DNA of 64,000 bases from positions 7,053 to 71,052 of the IMG/VR virus record IMGVR_UViG_3300037245_001213. The stretch is one strand, 5' to 3'. Source of the DNA: a virus. This document shows positions 37,726 through 46,143 of this stretch, piece by piece. Below the pieces are notes generated by a model. That model ran no database searches and was not told the origin of the DNA. It was given only the letters and a program-made list of their open reading frames with translations. Position numbers and translations under genes: made by a program. Positions within the stretch are counted from its first letter, which is position 1. Every line of letters starts with the position of its first letter.

Positions 37726-37968
37726 TCATTGCAGTTTCCTCTCGATCACACGGATGCTGTCGCCCTCATTAGAATAGCAACAATAGTATACCCAGCCTTC
37801 CTTTTCCATTGGATCGGTCAATTCTTCGGTTGTGCCCTCCCCGCGCCCATAACGCTCAATCATCTCTCCGGCCTCTTTCTTAGCATAGACGAGGGCGTCC
37901 TTCTTAAAGAAGAACGGGGTTACCTCGACGTCCGCGTGCCGATCCTCCCAAACAACAATGTAAATCAT
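37726..37968 (-). CDS. hypothetical protein
   Basis: Internal start with RBS AAGGGAG. Confidence 0.35.
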   Translation of the reverse strand: MIYIVVWEDRHADVEVTPFFFKKDALVYAKKEAGEMIERYGRGEGTTEELTDPMEKEGWVYYCCYSNEGDSIRVIERKLQ

Positions 37969-38147
37969 CACTGCTCCCTTGAATCGAAGAACTCGGACAG
38001 CATTCCACCGAATGTGAAACACCCCAGCAGTAAAAGTGGCAAAAGGAAAAAGCCGACCCAAAAAGAAACTCCAAACATTAAATGCTCCAATCATTGTATT
38101 TCACTAACGCGACAATCAAACAGGACACACAAACCACCCATGTACAT

Positions 38148-38366
38148 TCAAGAACAGGCCACCCCATTCACGTACTCGGGTTCGGATTTCCTGTGAGAGC
38201 CAAGGTGCATGTCGAGTGTCATCTGTGCATATGGAGAGAAGATATCATCCACATGAATCATGTTGAGGCGAAAACCCTCACGTTCAGAAAAATAACGTAT
38301 CAGTTTCCTATCGAAAGAGTCCTCAGGTATCAACAGGACACAATCACCTTCAGGTTTAAGTATCAT
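38148..38366 (-). CDS. hypothetical protein
   Basis: ORF. Confidence 0.35.
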   Translation of the reverse strand: MILKPEGDCVLLIPEDSFDRKLIRYFSEREGFRLNMIHVDDIFSPYAQMTLDMHLGSHRKSEPEYVNGVACS

Positions 38367-38430
38367 TTCGCCACCCTATACAAGAGAAAGATAATTGCCA
38401 TACCGATAAAAATACACACTAGAGTAGTAG

Positions 38431-38955
38431 TCATACTTTCTCCTTGTGTGCTAGGACAACGACCAAGCCGATCAGCACCATGCCGACCAAAACCAGGATG
38501 AACGTGCTTGGCTCTGGTACGCACAGTACACTCCAAGCTGACACATGGCTCACGCCCTTCCATCCCAGCATCTCCGTGCTCCAAGCCCCGCTGCTAGTGA
38601 ACGATGAAGCCAGGAAGTGACGCTTGCTAAACTCAATAGTCTCACATGGGTCGCGCACGCAGAAGGCTGCCCACTCATTACCGGCCTTAATGGTGATTAA
38701 GTTGACCTGGCCCGGGTAGTACCAGCCACCGGTCACCCAACCGTCTGGCGTGAACAAACTGCCCCCTACTGCGAAATCGTTGTCAACGCCAGGGACCTCG
38801 GTGCTACCCAGAAGAGTTGCGTCAATCCCCAGTAGGGTGTCCACGATACCCGGCAGATCGTTCCCGGGGAACGTTCCGAGGTAGGTGTCTGCCCGCACTA
38901 ATTGGGTAGGCATAACTAGTATCAATAGCGCCAGTGTCAATTTCTTAACCATCAT
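38431..38955 (-). CDS. secreted PEP-CTERM protein B
   Basis: Signal peptide MVKKLTLALLILVMPTQLVRA; C-terminal VPEPSTFILVLVGMVLIGLVVVLAHKEKV (PEP + TM + basic). Confidence 0.55.
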   Translation of the reverse strand: MMVKKLTLALLILVMPTQLVRADTYLGTFPGNDLPGIVDTLLGIDATLLGSTEVPGVDNDFAVGGSLFTPDGWVTGGWYYPGQVNLITIKAGNEWAAFCVRDPCETIEFSKRHFLASSFTSSGAWSTEMLGWKGVSHVSAWSVLCVPEPSTFILVLVGMVLIGLVVVLAHKEKV

Positions 38956-39619
38956 GCGTCCTCTCGCCTCCCCAAGCCATGCCGAGGAAAGCAAGGGCCA
39001 CCACCAGCAGTACGATGGTTGTTGGCTCAGGGGCTTGCATGAAGATCTGGTCCTGTCGATGGCCATCGCCCTGGAACAAGTTCAAGACACGGACCCGACC
39101 AATCCCAGTAGGGTTTGCGTTCACCGCTTGCAGGTGGAAAGCGGCCCCAAGTGTGAGATCAGATACCTCGTCCTCGATATACCAGATAGCGTTCTGCAAA
39201 GCCCTCGCTGACGCGCCTCGCCCAGAACCGTAGTCATAACCGATCAGTGTCCCTTCGACGAAGCTTTGGTACAACCAGGCTGTCAGAGGACTAAGCGGGT
39301 CGAAGCCCCCTGTAGCCCCTCCTACGCCGCCTAGCACGGCACCAGTATTTACCTCGAAACGATAGGTTCCGCCGATAGACACATTCTCGTTATGCTCCAG
39401 GCAGAAAGATTGAAAAGACACGCCGTCAAGGGCAGGGACACCACCCACAAAGTCCAGGTCATCGGTGCTCAACTTGAACTCACCTCCATCTCCAGCGAAG
39501 GTCCCTTGCACGCGTGTCAAGGATAATTCCCCAGCATGGCAGAAAGCAGTGAACAAGGCCGCGATGGCAACAACAGTCAGCAGTGCCTTGAAAATCTTCA
39601 TCTTCATCTTAATATCCAA
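38945..39619 (-). CDS. secreted PEP-CTERM protein A (Gly-rich)
   Basis: Signal peptide MKIFKALLTVVAIAALFTAFCHA; C-terminal APEPTTIVLLVVALAFLGMAWGGER. Confidence 0.55.
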   Translation of the reverse strand: MDIKMKMKIFKALLTVVAIAALFTAFCHAGELSLTRVQGTFAGDGGEFKLSTDDLDFVGGVPALDGVSFQSFCLEHNENVSIGGTYRFEVNTGAVLGGVGGATGGFDPLSPLTAWLYQSFVEGTLIGYDYGSGRGASARALQNAIWYIEDEVSDLTLGAAFHLQAVNANPTGIGRVRVLNLFQGDGHRQDQIFMQAPEPTTIVLLVVALAFLGMAWGGERTHDG

Positions 39620-40076
39620 TTTCTTCTAGGTAAGTAAGGAACATCATGTCAAGCACCTTAAACTCGCTCAACTTTCTTTCGTCCGGCACGTCAGGGTTAG
39701 GGTCTCTTACTACAGACCCATCCCAAAACACGTAGTGTGTCCAATCCTTTCTTGTCTCCGAGTGTACTGTAACAATGGCAGGAAGTGACATTTCGACTAC
39801 TAAGGTAAAGGAGTCGTCAGGCTCAAGTAGAGACAGATCTTCATCAGAGTTTTCCTGAGTTATCAGTATACCTGAATAGATTCCATGGTTACCGAGGTAA
39901 GTCAATATGGACCGAGTCTTGATAAAATGTTTCTTCTCCTTCTGGCTCCATTGAAAAGGCAGGCAACGCAGCGCGTATGCCAACTCTTCCCCTGTCGCCA
40001 TGGCTGCCACGGCGGCGCCACAGAACATAGAGTCTTTGGGTTGCTTCACGGTCGAGAAACTTTCAGGCATTAACAT
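39609..40076 (-). CDS. C39-like (papain-fold) cysteine peptidase, tentative
   Basis: MFCGAAVAAMATG resembles the C39 active-site motif CG(P/A)AALAM; downstream THYVFWDG carries a candidate catalytic His. Confidence 0.4.
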   Translation of the reverse strand: MLMPESFSTVKQPKDSMFCGAAVAAMATGEELAYALRCLPFQWSQKEKKHFIKTRSILTYLGNHGIYSGILITQENSDEDLSLLEPDDSFTLVVEMSLPAIVTVHSETRKDWTHYVFWDGSVVRDPNPDVPDERKLSEFKVLDMMFLTYLEEIGY

Positions 40077-40402
40077 TACGTCGATACCTCTGGACGCCGG
40101 ATCAACGGGATCTCTTTCGTTTCCCCGTCAATAATAACACAGTTGAAATGAGTCTCACAGTCGCTACGATCTCCCATCGTCCGTAAGAGTTCCTTCTTCT
40201 CTTTTGGAGAGAGGAACTTAGGTCGGAAGGAAAAGGCTTGTACTTCCTCCGGGGCAAACCCGGCTTCCTCAGTGTGCTCCCACAGTTTTAACGTTCGCAG
40301 GAGCACACTCTGCTCGTTATGGAGTTTCACTACTTTGTCTGTCATACTTTGCATTTCAGAATCCGAACGCCAGGTCCAAGAGGGCCCGCACACAATATGC
40401 AA
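40076..40402 (-). CDS. hypothetical protein
   Basis: ORF. Confidence 0.45.
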   Translation of the reverse strand: MHIVCGPSWTWRSDSEMQSMTDKVVKLHNEQSVLLRTLKLWEHTEEAGFAPEEVQAFSFRPKFLSPKEKKELLRTMGDRSDCETHFNCVIIDGETKEIPLIRRPEVST

Positions 40403-40459
40403 AGCCCCAGAAACAGAAGAAACCTAACACGAAGAAGGTCCACAACTTCAAGCAGTCTT

Positions 40460-40684
40460 TCATGTCTTCGCTCCGCACACAAGATTGCGAATCAGGTTGA
40501 GGCCAAATGCCATGAGACTGAACTGCCACCACAGGATAGCCGGAAGAGTCGGCCAAATAGCTAGAACAGAGTAAGTGTAAATCAGGGACAAGACTGCACC
40601 AATCGCTGCCAGGATTCCGACAAAAAGAATAAGGTAAGCAAAGATGCCACAGATGGCGACGCAACAAAGAGCAATGCCCTTCAT
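40460..40684 (-). CDS. small integral membrane protein (2-3 TM)
   Basis: RBS AGGAGGTTGATTATG; MKGIALCCVAICGIFAYLILFVGILAAIGAV... Confidence 0.45.
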   Translation of the reverse strand: MKGIALCCVAICGIFAYLILFVGILAAIGAVLSLIYTYSVLAIWPTLPAILWWQFSLMAFGLNLIRNLVCGAKT

Positions 40685-40835
40685 AATCAACCTCCTAAAA
40701 GAACTGAACTCCGGTAAACTAGTACAAACAGTACATACACGCTGGTCACATGCCAACGTGATTGAAGCATACCATGCTTCCTGACTTCTAACACATTCAC
40801 GGTTTTACGAATCATTGTTTCTCCCTTCTACCTAC

Positions 40836-40863
40836 AGTATATCACACTTTCGGTAGATGTCAA
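40836..40863 (-). promoter_or_regulatory. sigma70-like promoter TTGACA-N16-TATACT (33-bp repeat copy 1)
   Basis: rc reads TTGACAtctaccgaaagtgtgaTATACT. Confidence 0.45.
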
Positions 40864-41243
40864 GTCAACTTTTCCATTTGAAACGAGGGTCGAAACAGAA
40901 TACGGATGCAGCGCCCACAATTATGATAGGCACAGGGAGTGACTTCGCATTTCAATCCGTAGACAATGCAGAAACAGTCCAGACCTGTCACACCGTAAGG
41001 CTCACTGACAAAACATTCCTCTCCGTCAACGATTGTTGTGCCCCAGTGGTCGATCCAATAAGAGCCAAAGCTGTGATCGTTCACCGGATTAGGGAACATA
41101 TGTTTGTAACTTGAAGTGGCTGCGCGTTGGATAGCCCACTCGTCAAGTGTCTCAGCAACAGGGTTACTGAAAACAATATCTTGAAACCACTTAGGAATCT
41201 CGTGCAAAGTCACTTCGGACGCTTCTTGTGTCATAATACTCAT
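40860..41243 (-). CDS. Cys-rich hypothetical protein
   Basis: ORF with RBS GGAGAAGCTATG. Confidence 0.5.
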   Translation of the reverse strand: MSIMTQEASEVTLHEIPKWFQDIVFSNPVAETLDEWAIQRAATSSYKHMFPNPVNDHSFGSYWIDHWGTTIVDGEECFVSEPYGVTGLDCFCIVYGLKCEVTPCAYHNCGRCIRILFRPSFQMEKLT

Positions 41244-41270
41244 AGCTTCTCCAAGGTACTAAGTGAAAGA

Positions 41271-41292
41271 CGGCGGGGTTTACGCGCCCCGC
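41271..41292 (-). other. GC-rich hairpin GGCGGGG-n8-CCCCGCC
   Basis: 7-bp perfect stem, 3 nt after the stop of 41296-41622. Confidence 0.4.
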
Positions 41293-41295
41293 CAT

Positions 41296-41622
41296 CTACA
41301 GTATATCACACTTTCGGTAGATGTCAAATCGAAATGGAGAAAGTTTTCTACCACAAGTCGAAGTATCTGTGTCAATAAACACACCCGGCACGTACGTCAG
41401 AGCCTCGGCCACTGCGTACGAGCCATCAGGGTTGCGTTGTTGTGTAGTCACTTGGACTACACACCCGCCAGTTACTTGCATTGCCTTCGTGCTCTTCATC
41501 CAGCCTTCCTTCTCGCTGGACGCCTTACACAGAAGCTGGAACATGTCACCGTCCCCGAATACCTTTACGTCTGGGACGTTCTCTTTTGTCCCTGAGATAT
41601 CGTTGTTACCTAGTGTCTTCAT
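41296..41622 (-). CDS. hypothetical protein
   Basis: Start MKTLGNND with RBS AGGAGTAG. Confidence 0.5.
   Translation of the reverse strand: MKTLGNNDISGTKENVPDVKVFGDGDMFQLLCKASSEKEGWMKSTKAMQVTGGCVVQVTTQQRNPDGSYAVAEALTYVPGVFIDTDTSTCGRKLSPFRFDIYRKCDIL
41300..41327 (-). promoter_or_regulatory. sigma70-like promoter-like repeat copy 2
   Basis: Near-identical 33-bp repeat of the 40833-40865 element; overlaps the last codons of the upstream CDS. Confidence 0.35.
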
Positions 41623-41635
41623 CTTGTCTACTCCT

Positions 41636-41663
41636 AGTATACCACACTTTTGTTCCAAGTCAA
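41636..41663 (-). promoter_or_regulatory. sigma70-like promoter TTGACT-N16-TATACT with AAAGTGTGG element
   Basis: rc reads TTGACTtggaacaaaagtgtggTATACT. Confidence 0.45.
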
Positions 41664-41727
41664 ATGGATTGCTCCAAAAGCACGGAAATAATCAAGGCCA
41701 GAAACATACAGGACCAAACCGTGGCCA

Positions 41728-42987
41728 TCAGCATGACACGTCATCCATCATGTCGATCTTGTACCGCTTCGGACCCTTCTTCTCGTAGGGGCAACGCAGC
41801 TTGACAGGTAGCCGCCAGGTGATGCCATACTTCTTGTTGACGCCGTGAAGGAGTTGGGAGGGCTCTGTGTAGCCCGTCAACGCGTTGAAGGCGAAGGCAT
41901 CCGTAGCAGGCCATGCTCCATTGATAAGCATCTCACCGTTAAGCTCGGTCGTGCTACCAGGGCGATGGAAGTGACCGCAGCAATGGTACCGAACCGGGAC
42001 GCCCTTCTGGACAGTGTTCAGGGCAAGGATCTTGTACCGACGCTTCTCCAGGCCATACCAGGGCACGCCCAGGCTGGAACGGATATCATCACCATGAAAG
42101 ATGTGGAACCCGACACCGTCAATGTCCACGTTCACTGAGTAACTGTTCGGGATCACGAAGGTTACATTCTCCATGTCCGCACAGTACATCTCCGCTGTCT
42201 TGGCGATCAAATAGTCCCAGTTGTCATGCGCTCCATGGTAGTCCTTCTTCATGCTGCGACGCCCGTGGTTGCCCGGGACGTAGATGATGTTGACCTGATC
42301 GAAATACGGGGCCAGGTCGCGGAACATCAGACTGTGCAACTGACCGATCGCCAGGCTGTTCTTGAAGGCGTTCCGGAAATAGGACCGGCTGGTGTGGCCA
42401 TGGATCTCACCTGACGTATGGTCGCCATAGGCCAGGACAGTGAGCGACTGGAACCGGTACTGAGGCGCCAGCGTCCGCTGAGTCCACTTCAGGATCGTGT
42501 CCACGTATCGCTCAGCCCTACACATGCTGATCGGGAAGTCATAGGTCTCCAGCCCACCTGTGTCCGAAGGCGTCACAATCTGGTCATGGTGGCCATCTGA
42601 CAGGTGCATGACCAAATGCTCATTGATCTGGTCACCGCCTGTGTAAACAGGCCTGGCGTCCGGCAATGCCAACATAGGCTGTACCCGTCGATCCATCTCG
42701 TCCACGATGGCAGAGAACAGACCTTGAGTCTTGGCCGCCGACTTCAACTTACGCCTTGAGTCGTTGCGCTCTTCACGGAGATGCTCAATCTCGCCACGCA
42801 TCTTCAAGAACTCAGTGTCCTCAATCATTTCAGGCGTAGGGACGTCCTTGTGAACTCGCCCCGTAGCAATGTCAGAGATGACTGACCGGCTGATCTCAAA
42901 TTTCTCGCCAATCTCTGCCTGGGTCAAGCGCTTCTCCGACAGCATTGTCTTAATGTCGACCACTTGATCCTTATTTAGCTTCGTCAT
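41728..42987 (-). CDS. HTH-domain-containing metallophosphoesterase
   Basis: N-terminal LTQAEIGEKFEISRSVISDI HTH; MPP motifs LSDGHHD, YGDH, PGNHGRR, FHGDD, CGHFH. Confidence 0.55.
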   Translation of the reverse strand: MTKLNKDQVVDIKTMLSEKRLTQAEIGEKFEISRSVISDIATGRVHKDVPTPEMIEDTEFLKMRGEIEHLREERNDSRRKLKSAAKTQGLFSAIVDEMDRRVQPMLALPDARPVYTGGDQINEHLVMHLSDGHHDQIVTPSDTGGLETYDFPISMCRAERYVDTILKWTQRTLAPQYRFQSLTVLAYGDHTSGEIHGHTSRSYFRNAFKNSLAIGQLHSLMFRDLAPYFDQVNIIYVPGNHGRRSMKKDYHGAHDNWDYLIAKTAEMYCADMENVTFVIPNSYSVNVDIDGVGFHIFHGDDIRSSLGVPWYGLEKRRYKILALNTVQKGVPVRYHCCGHFHRPGSTTELNGEMLINGAWPATDAFAFNALTGYTEPSQLLHGVNKKYGITWRLPVKLRCPYEKKGPKRYKIDMMDDVSC

Positions 42988-44896
42988 TCAACTCTCCAAT
43001 TAGAACAGGGTTACCGCGCTCAGTTGTATCAGCAATCATGTACTCGACAGCCTTCAGGAAGTTCCCATCAGGCGGCGAGAACATTATCTTCTTTAGATCA
43101 AGTCCTTCTAGTTCAATACGGTGCTCAGACCGATATGTTTCATTATCAATCATCTCGATGCAGATATCGACAAACTTCTCCGCGTCCTTGGTTGTCAACT
43201 CCGGCATACCTATCTGACGAAGCAAATGTGATGCCGCTTTATTGTAGAACCGGTCTCCTTCCAGAGTCACAACAGGTAGTCCAAGGTAGAAAGCCTCGAC
43301 GATAGTGTTGTAACCCCCGAAGGGGAAAGAGTTTACAGCGAAATCACCCTTCTCTGACCTTTCCATATATTCTGCATAATGCAAGCTATGATGAATGACA
43401 GAGTTAGGAAGTAGTTGCGAAATCACCTCACTGAAGGGCACAAAGCCCCCATACCTGTTTATAGCAGGTGAAGGGTAGAAATGCCACTCATGCTCAGTAG
43501 TAGCCCGCCGACTGATCTCGCGAAGAACTTCAAGCATCATCACGTTGTACTTATCGGGGCCCCACACGCAGTTGATCTCGACCGGGGACTTCTCCACCCA
43601 ATTGTTCTTTTTCTCATAGGAGGGCCACGCAGGGTGCTGAGCCAAGCCTGGCAGAAGAATCATCTGCTCCGAGTATTGGTCTCCACAGTCCTTTTCGACA
43701 TCCCCACCTACAAAGTAGTCAATGCAATTGTTGTGGCCCGTCGTGGCCGGGTGACCATACCCAACGGCCTGTACTGGAGCAAGACGGCAATTCGAGAGCC
43801 AGATGGATTCCTCAAGCATCCCAATGTCAGGGAAGTAGGCCAACTGGAAATCGTTGTCCTTCACCTCAGGAGGAAAGGCCAGGTTCCCATCTTTGAACTT
43901 CACATTGCAGACATTATCAAATCCATCTATCATCAGGTCCTCAGGTACGTGTTCGCCCAGGTGAATTAAGGTGAGTTTGTACTTGCCTTTCAGTTCTTCG
44001 ACCAAAGGAGATGCCGACTTGTATACAGCATGATTACGGTGCCACTTACCAGAGATTATCGCGATGCTCTTGGGATCAGGTTTGTTGTTAATCTTCACGT
44101 TGAGCACTTTGGAGCACGCCTTGTTGATCCGGCTCTTCACTTCCAGGTCGAGTTTAGGCGCGAAGTAAGTGGTGGTAAAGTACAACGCGGAGATCTGAGG
44201 ACAAGGTGGCGCCCATCGGTCATCCATGTTCTCCAAATGGTGGAGGTAGGAATAGTGTAGGAATCGAGTAGGGTTACTGGTACCCAATACGAAAGAGTTG
44301 AACCAGATGGAAGCCATCTCGGGATTCACGTCAAACAACTTCGATTGCTCGATCTCGACCTCGCAACGCGCGTTCAATAGGAACAACAGGCGTTGGTAGT
44401 TATTCTGCTGACGAAGGACGTGCTTCACAACAGGAGTGGTTACATGGTAGTTTGAGGTGGCCACCAGGTTGGAAAAGACATGACCCATAGAGATCAGCAT
44501 CTTGGCATCCATATCGGCGAACTTGATGTCCCCAGTCATCACGATGAAAACCATCATCACAAAGTCATCAATGTTCCTCCGGTCCTGTGAACTGTATGTT
44601 GTATACGAATTACGTTCAAAGAAGATAAGAATCGAGATGATCGCCTGCGCTACCTTGTGAGGGTCGCCGTTGATGATGGCTTTCAGGTACTTAATACGCT
44701 TAACTACCGGAAGACCTTCTTTTGGTGCGCCCGGCATAATGTTCAGATGGTTCTTAGACATTTCTTTACTCCTATTAGGGCGTTCGGCCGACCATAAAGT
44801 TGTGGACAGCGATAAGCCATGTGAAAATACTTCCTTCTGGGCAACAGATTTACTGCTATCAAACATTGCTTTCCTCGTAACGTTGCAGTAATCCAT
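42971..44896 (-). CDS. GT41-family (O-GlcNAc-transferase-like) glycosyltransferase, no TPRs
   Basis: C-terminal FPFGGYNTIVEAFYLGLPVVTLEGDRFYNKAASHLLRQIGMPEL resembles OGT NGHTT..LWMGVPVVT..ASRVAAS..G..EL. Confidence 0.5.
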   Translation of the reverse strand: MDYCNVTRKAMFDSSKSVAQKEVFSHGLSLSTTLWSAERPNRSKEMSKNHLNIMPGAPKEGLPVVKRIKYLKAIINGDPHKVAQAIISILIFFERNSYTTYSSQDRRNIDDFVMMVFIVMTGDIKFADMDAKMLISMGHVFSNLVATSNYHVTTPVVKHVLRQQNNYQRLLFLLNARCEVEIEQSKLFDVNPEMASIWFNSFVLGTSNPTRFLHYSYLHHLENMDDRWAPPCPQISALYFTTTYFAPKLDLEVKSRINKACSKVLNVKINNKPDPKSIAIISGKWHRNHAVYKSASPLVEELKGKYKLTLIHLGEHVPEDLMIDGFDNVCNVKFKDGNLAFPPEVKDNDFQLAYFPDIGMLEESIWLSNCRLAPVQAVGYGHPATTGHNNCIDYFVGGDVEKDCGDQYSEQMILLPGLAQHPAWPSYEKKNNWVEKSPVEINCVWGPDKYNVMMLEVLREISRRATTEHEWHFYPSPAINRYGGFVPFSEVISQLLPNSVIHHSLHYAEYMERSEKGDFAVNSFPFGGYNTIVEAFYLGLPVVTLEGDRFYNKAASHLLRQIGMPELTTKDAEKFVDICIEMIDNETYRSEHRIELEGLDLKKIMFSPPDGNFLKAVEYMIADTTERGNPVLIGELNDEAK

Positions 44897-45983
44897 CTAC
44901 CAAAATTAAGATGGTGATTGATAGTCCCATCGATTTGATCTCAGCGGCTATGTCAGCGGCTCGCCAGGTCGTAGTCACGATGATTTCACTTGGTTTCAGA
45001 TCTCTCAGTGTCTCCGGAGAGTGAATCTCGAAGTCCGTCCCAGGAACGTAACTTCCCCACTTACGGCTGTCCGAGTCTATGACCATTGCGGCTTTTAGAT
45101 TGAGCATGTTGATAGTGTTCGCGCACTTTCCCGCGCCTCCCCAGAACACAGGTGTCTCCAGGCAGTTCAGGTGAGCCCCAGTGGCTAGAAGGTTGTCGTA
45201 GGCCAGGGCGATGCGTGTGGTGACAGGACACTTGGTGTCGGCCAGGCTGGCGGTGGCCAATAGAACCTCGTCGTTGTAGAGTTGCTCTACCTCGTAGGTG
45301 TTCCACCCCGACAAGTCCAGTAGGGTCGTTAGGCTATCCGGCGTGAAGTGTTGAGGGTGCTCATACACCCAGTCTTCCAGTCGGCCTGCCTCAAAGGCAG
45401 GTAGGATATTAGGCACCTCGATAATCAGGTAAGGAGTCAGGTGGCAGCGGTGAGCGTTGTACGACAGGTCTTCTAGAAAGCTCCTAGGGCTGGCGAAGTG
45501 CTCAAGCACATGACGCATTATGATAGCATCAGGCTTATCCATTTCCATAGAAATACCATCGAAGTACGTATTATGTGACTCGGTGACTTCCGAGCAAAAC
45601 ACATAATCATCTGAAGGCTCGTAGGCGACATAATTATGGCCGTTGAACAGGGCTGCAAACTCACCACGTCCTGCCCCAATCTCAACAATAATACCATTGC
45701 AGTCCTGGCACAGGTCTTTGACAACCCAGGCCACGTCTTGCATGTGCGTGGCCCACTCTTCGCCTTTGTTGTACATCGTACATCCGCCAGCATGACACTG
45801 GTCGAAGTCAGGGTCGTAGGATGCGTTGAAAGTGTGGGTGCATTGCAAGCACTGCCTGATACTTACCGGGAATCGACGTGCATAAGCATTAGGCTGAGTA
45901 GGTAAATCAAGTACACTGAGAGGCAGTAGATCGAGATCCGCCACTCGGTATGTGAGAGCAGAATTACAAACTGGGCACTTCAT
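44859..45983 (-). CDS. Zn-ribbon SAM-dependent methyltransferase (TylCIII/NDP-hexose C-methyltransferase-like architecture)
   Basis: N-terminal CPVC...CLQC, motif I VEIGAGRGEF, extended C-terminal domain. Confidence 0.55.
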   Translation of the reverse strand: MKCPVCNSALTYRVADLDLLPLSVLDLPTQPNAYARRFPVSIRQCLQCTHTFNASYDPDFDQCHAGGCTMYNKGEEWATHMQDVAWVVKDLCQDCNGIIVEIGAGRGEFAALFNGHNYVAYEPSDDYVFCSEVTESHNTYFDGISMEMDKPDAIIMRHVLEHFASPRSFLEDLSYNAHRCHLTPYLIIEVPNILPAFEAGRLEDWVYEHPQHFTPDSLTTLLDLSGWNTYEVEQLYNDEVLLATASLADTKCPVTTRIALAYDNLLATGAHLNCLETPVFWGGAGKCANTINMLNLKAAMVIDSDSRKWGSYVPGTDFEIHSPETLRDLKPSEIIVTTTWRAADIAAEIKSMGLSITILILVDGLLQRYEESNV

Positions 45984-46143
45984 TCCATTCCTCCTGGTCT
46001 TGTGCGTACTGATCAGCTACCAAATAGACGCCTTGAGAGTCATCCTCTACTCGGCAAATCCGCTGGTACTCTCCAGAGTCTAAGAATATCTCAGAGTCAG
46101 GAGGCATCGAACTCAATTCATTTACGAGGTCTTCTACTGTCAT
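45964..46143 (-). CDS. hypothetical small protein
   Basis: Internal start MTVEDLVNEL overlapping the ligase stop. Confidence 0.35.
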   Translation of the reverse strand: MTVEDLVNELSSMPPDSEIFLDSGEYQRICRVEDDSQGVYLVADQYAQDQEEWNEVPSL

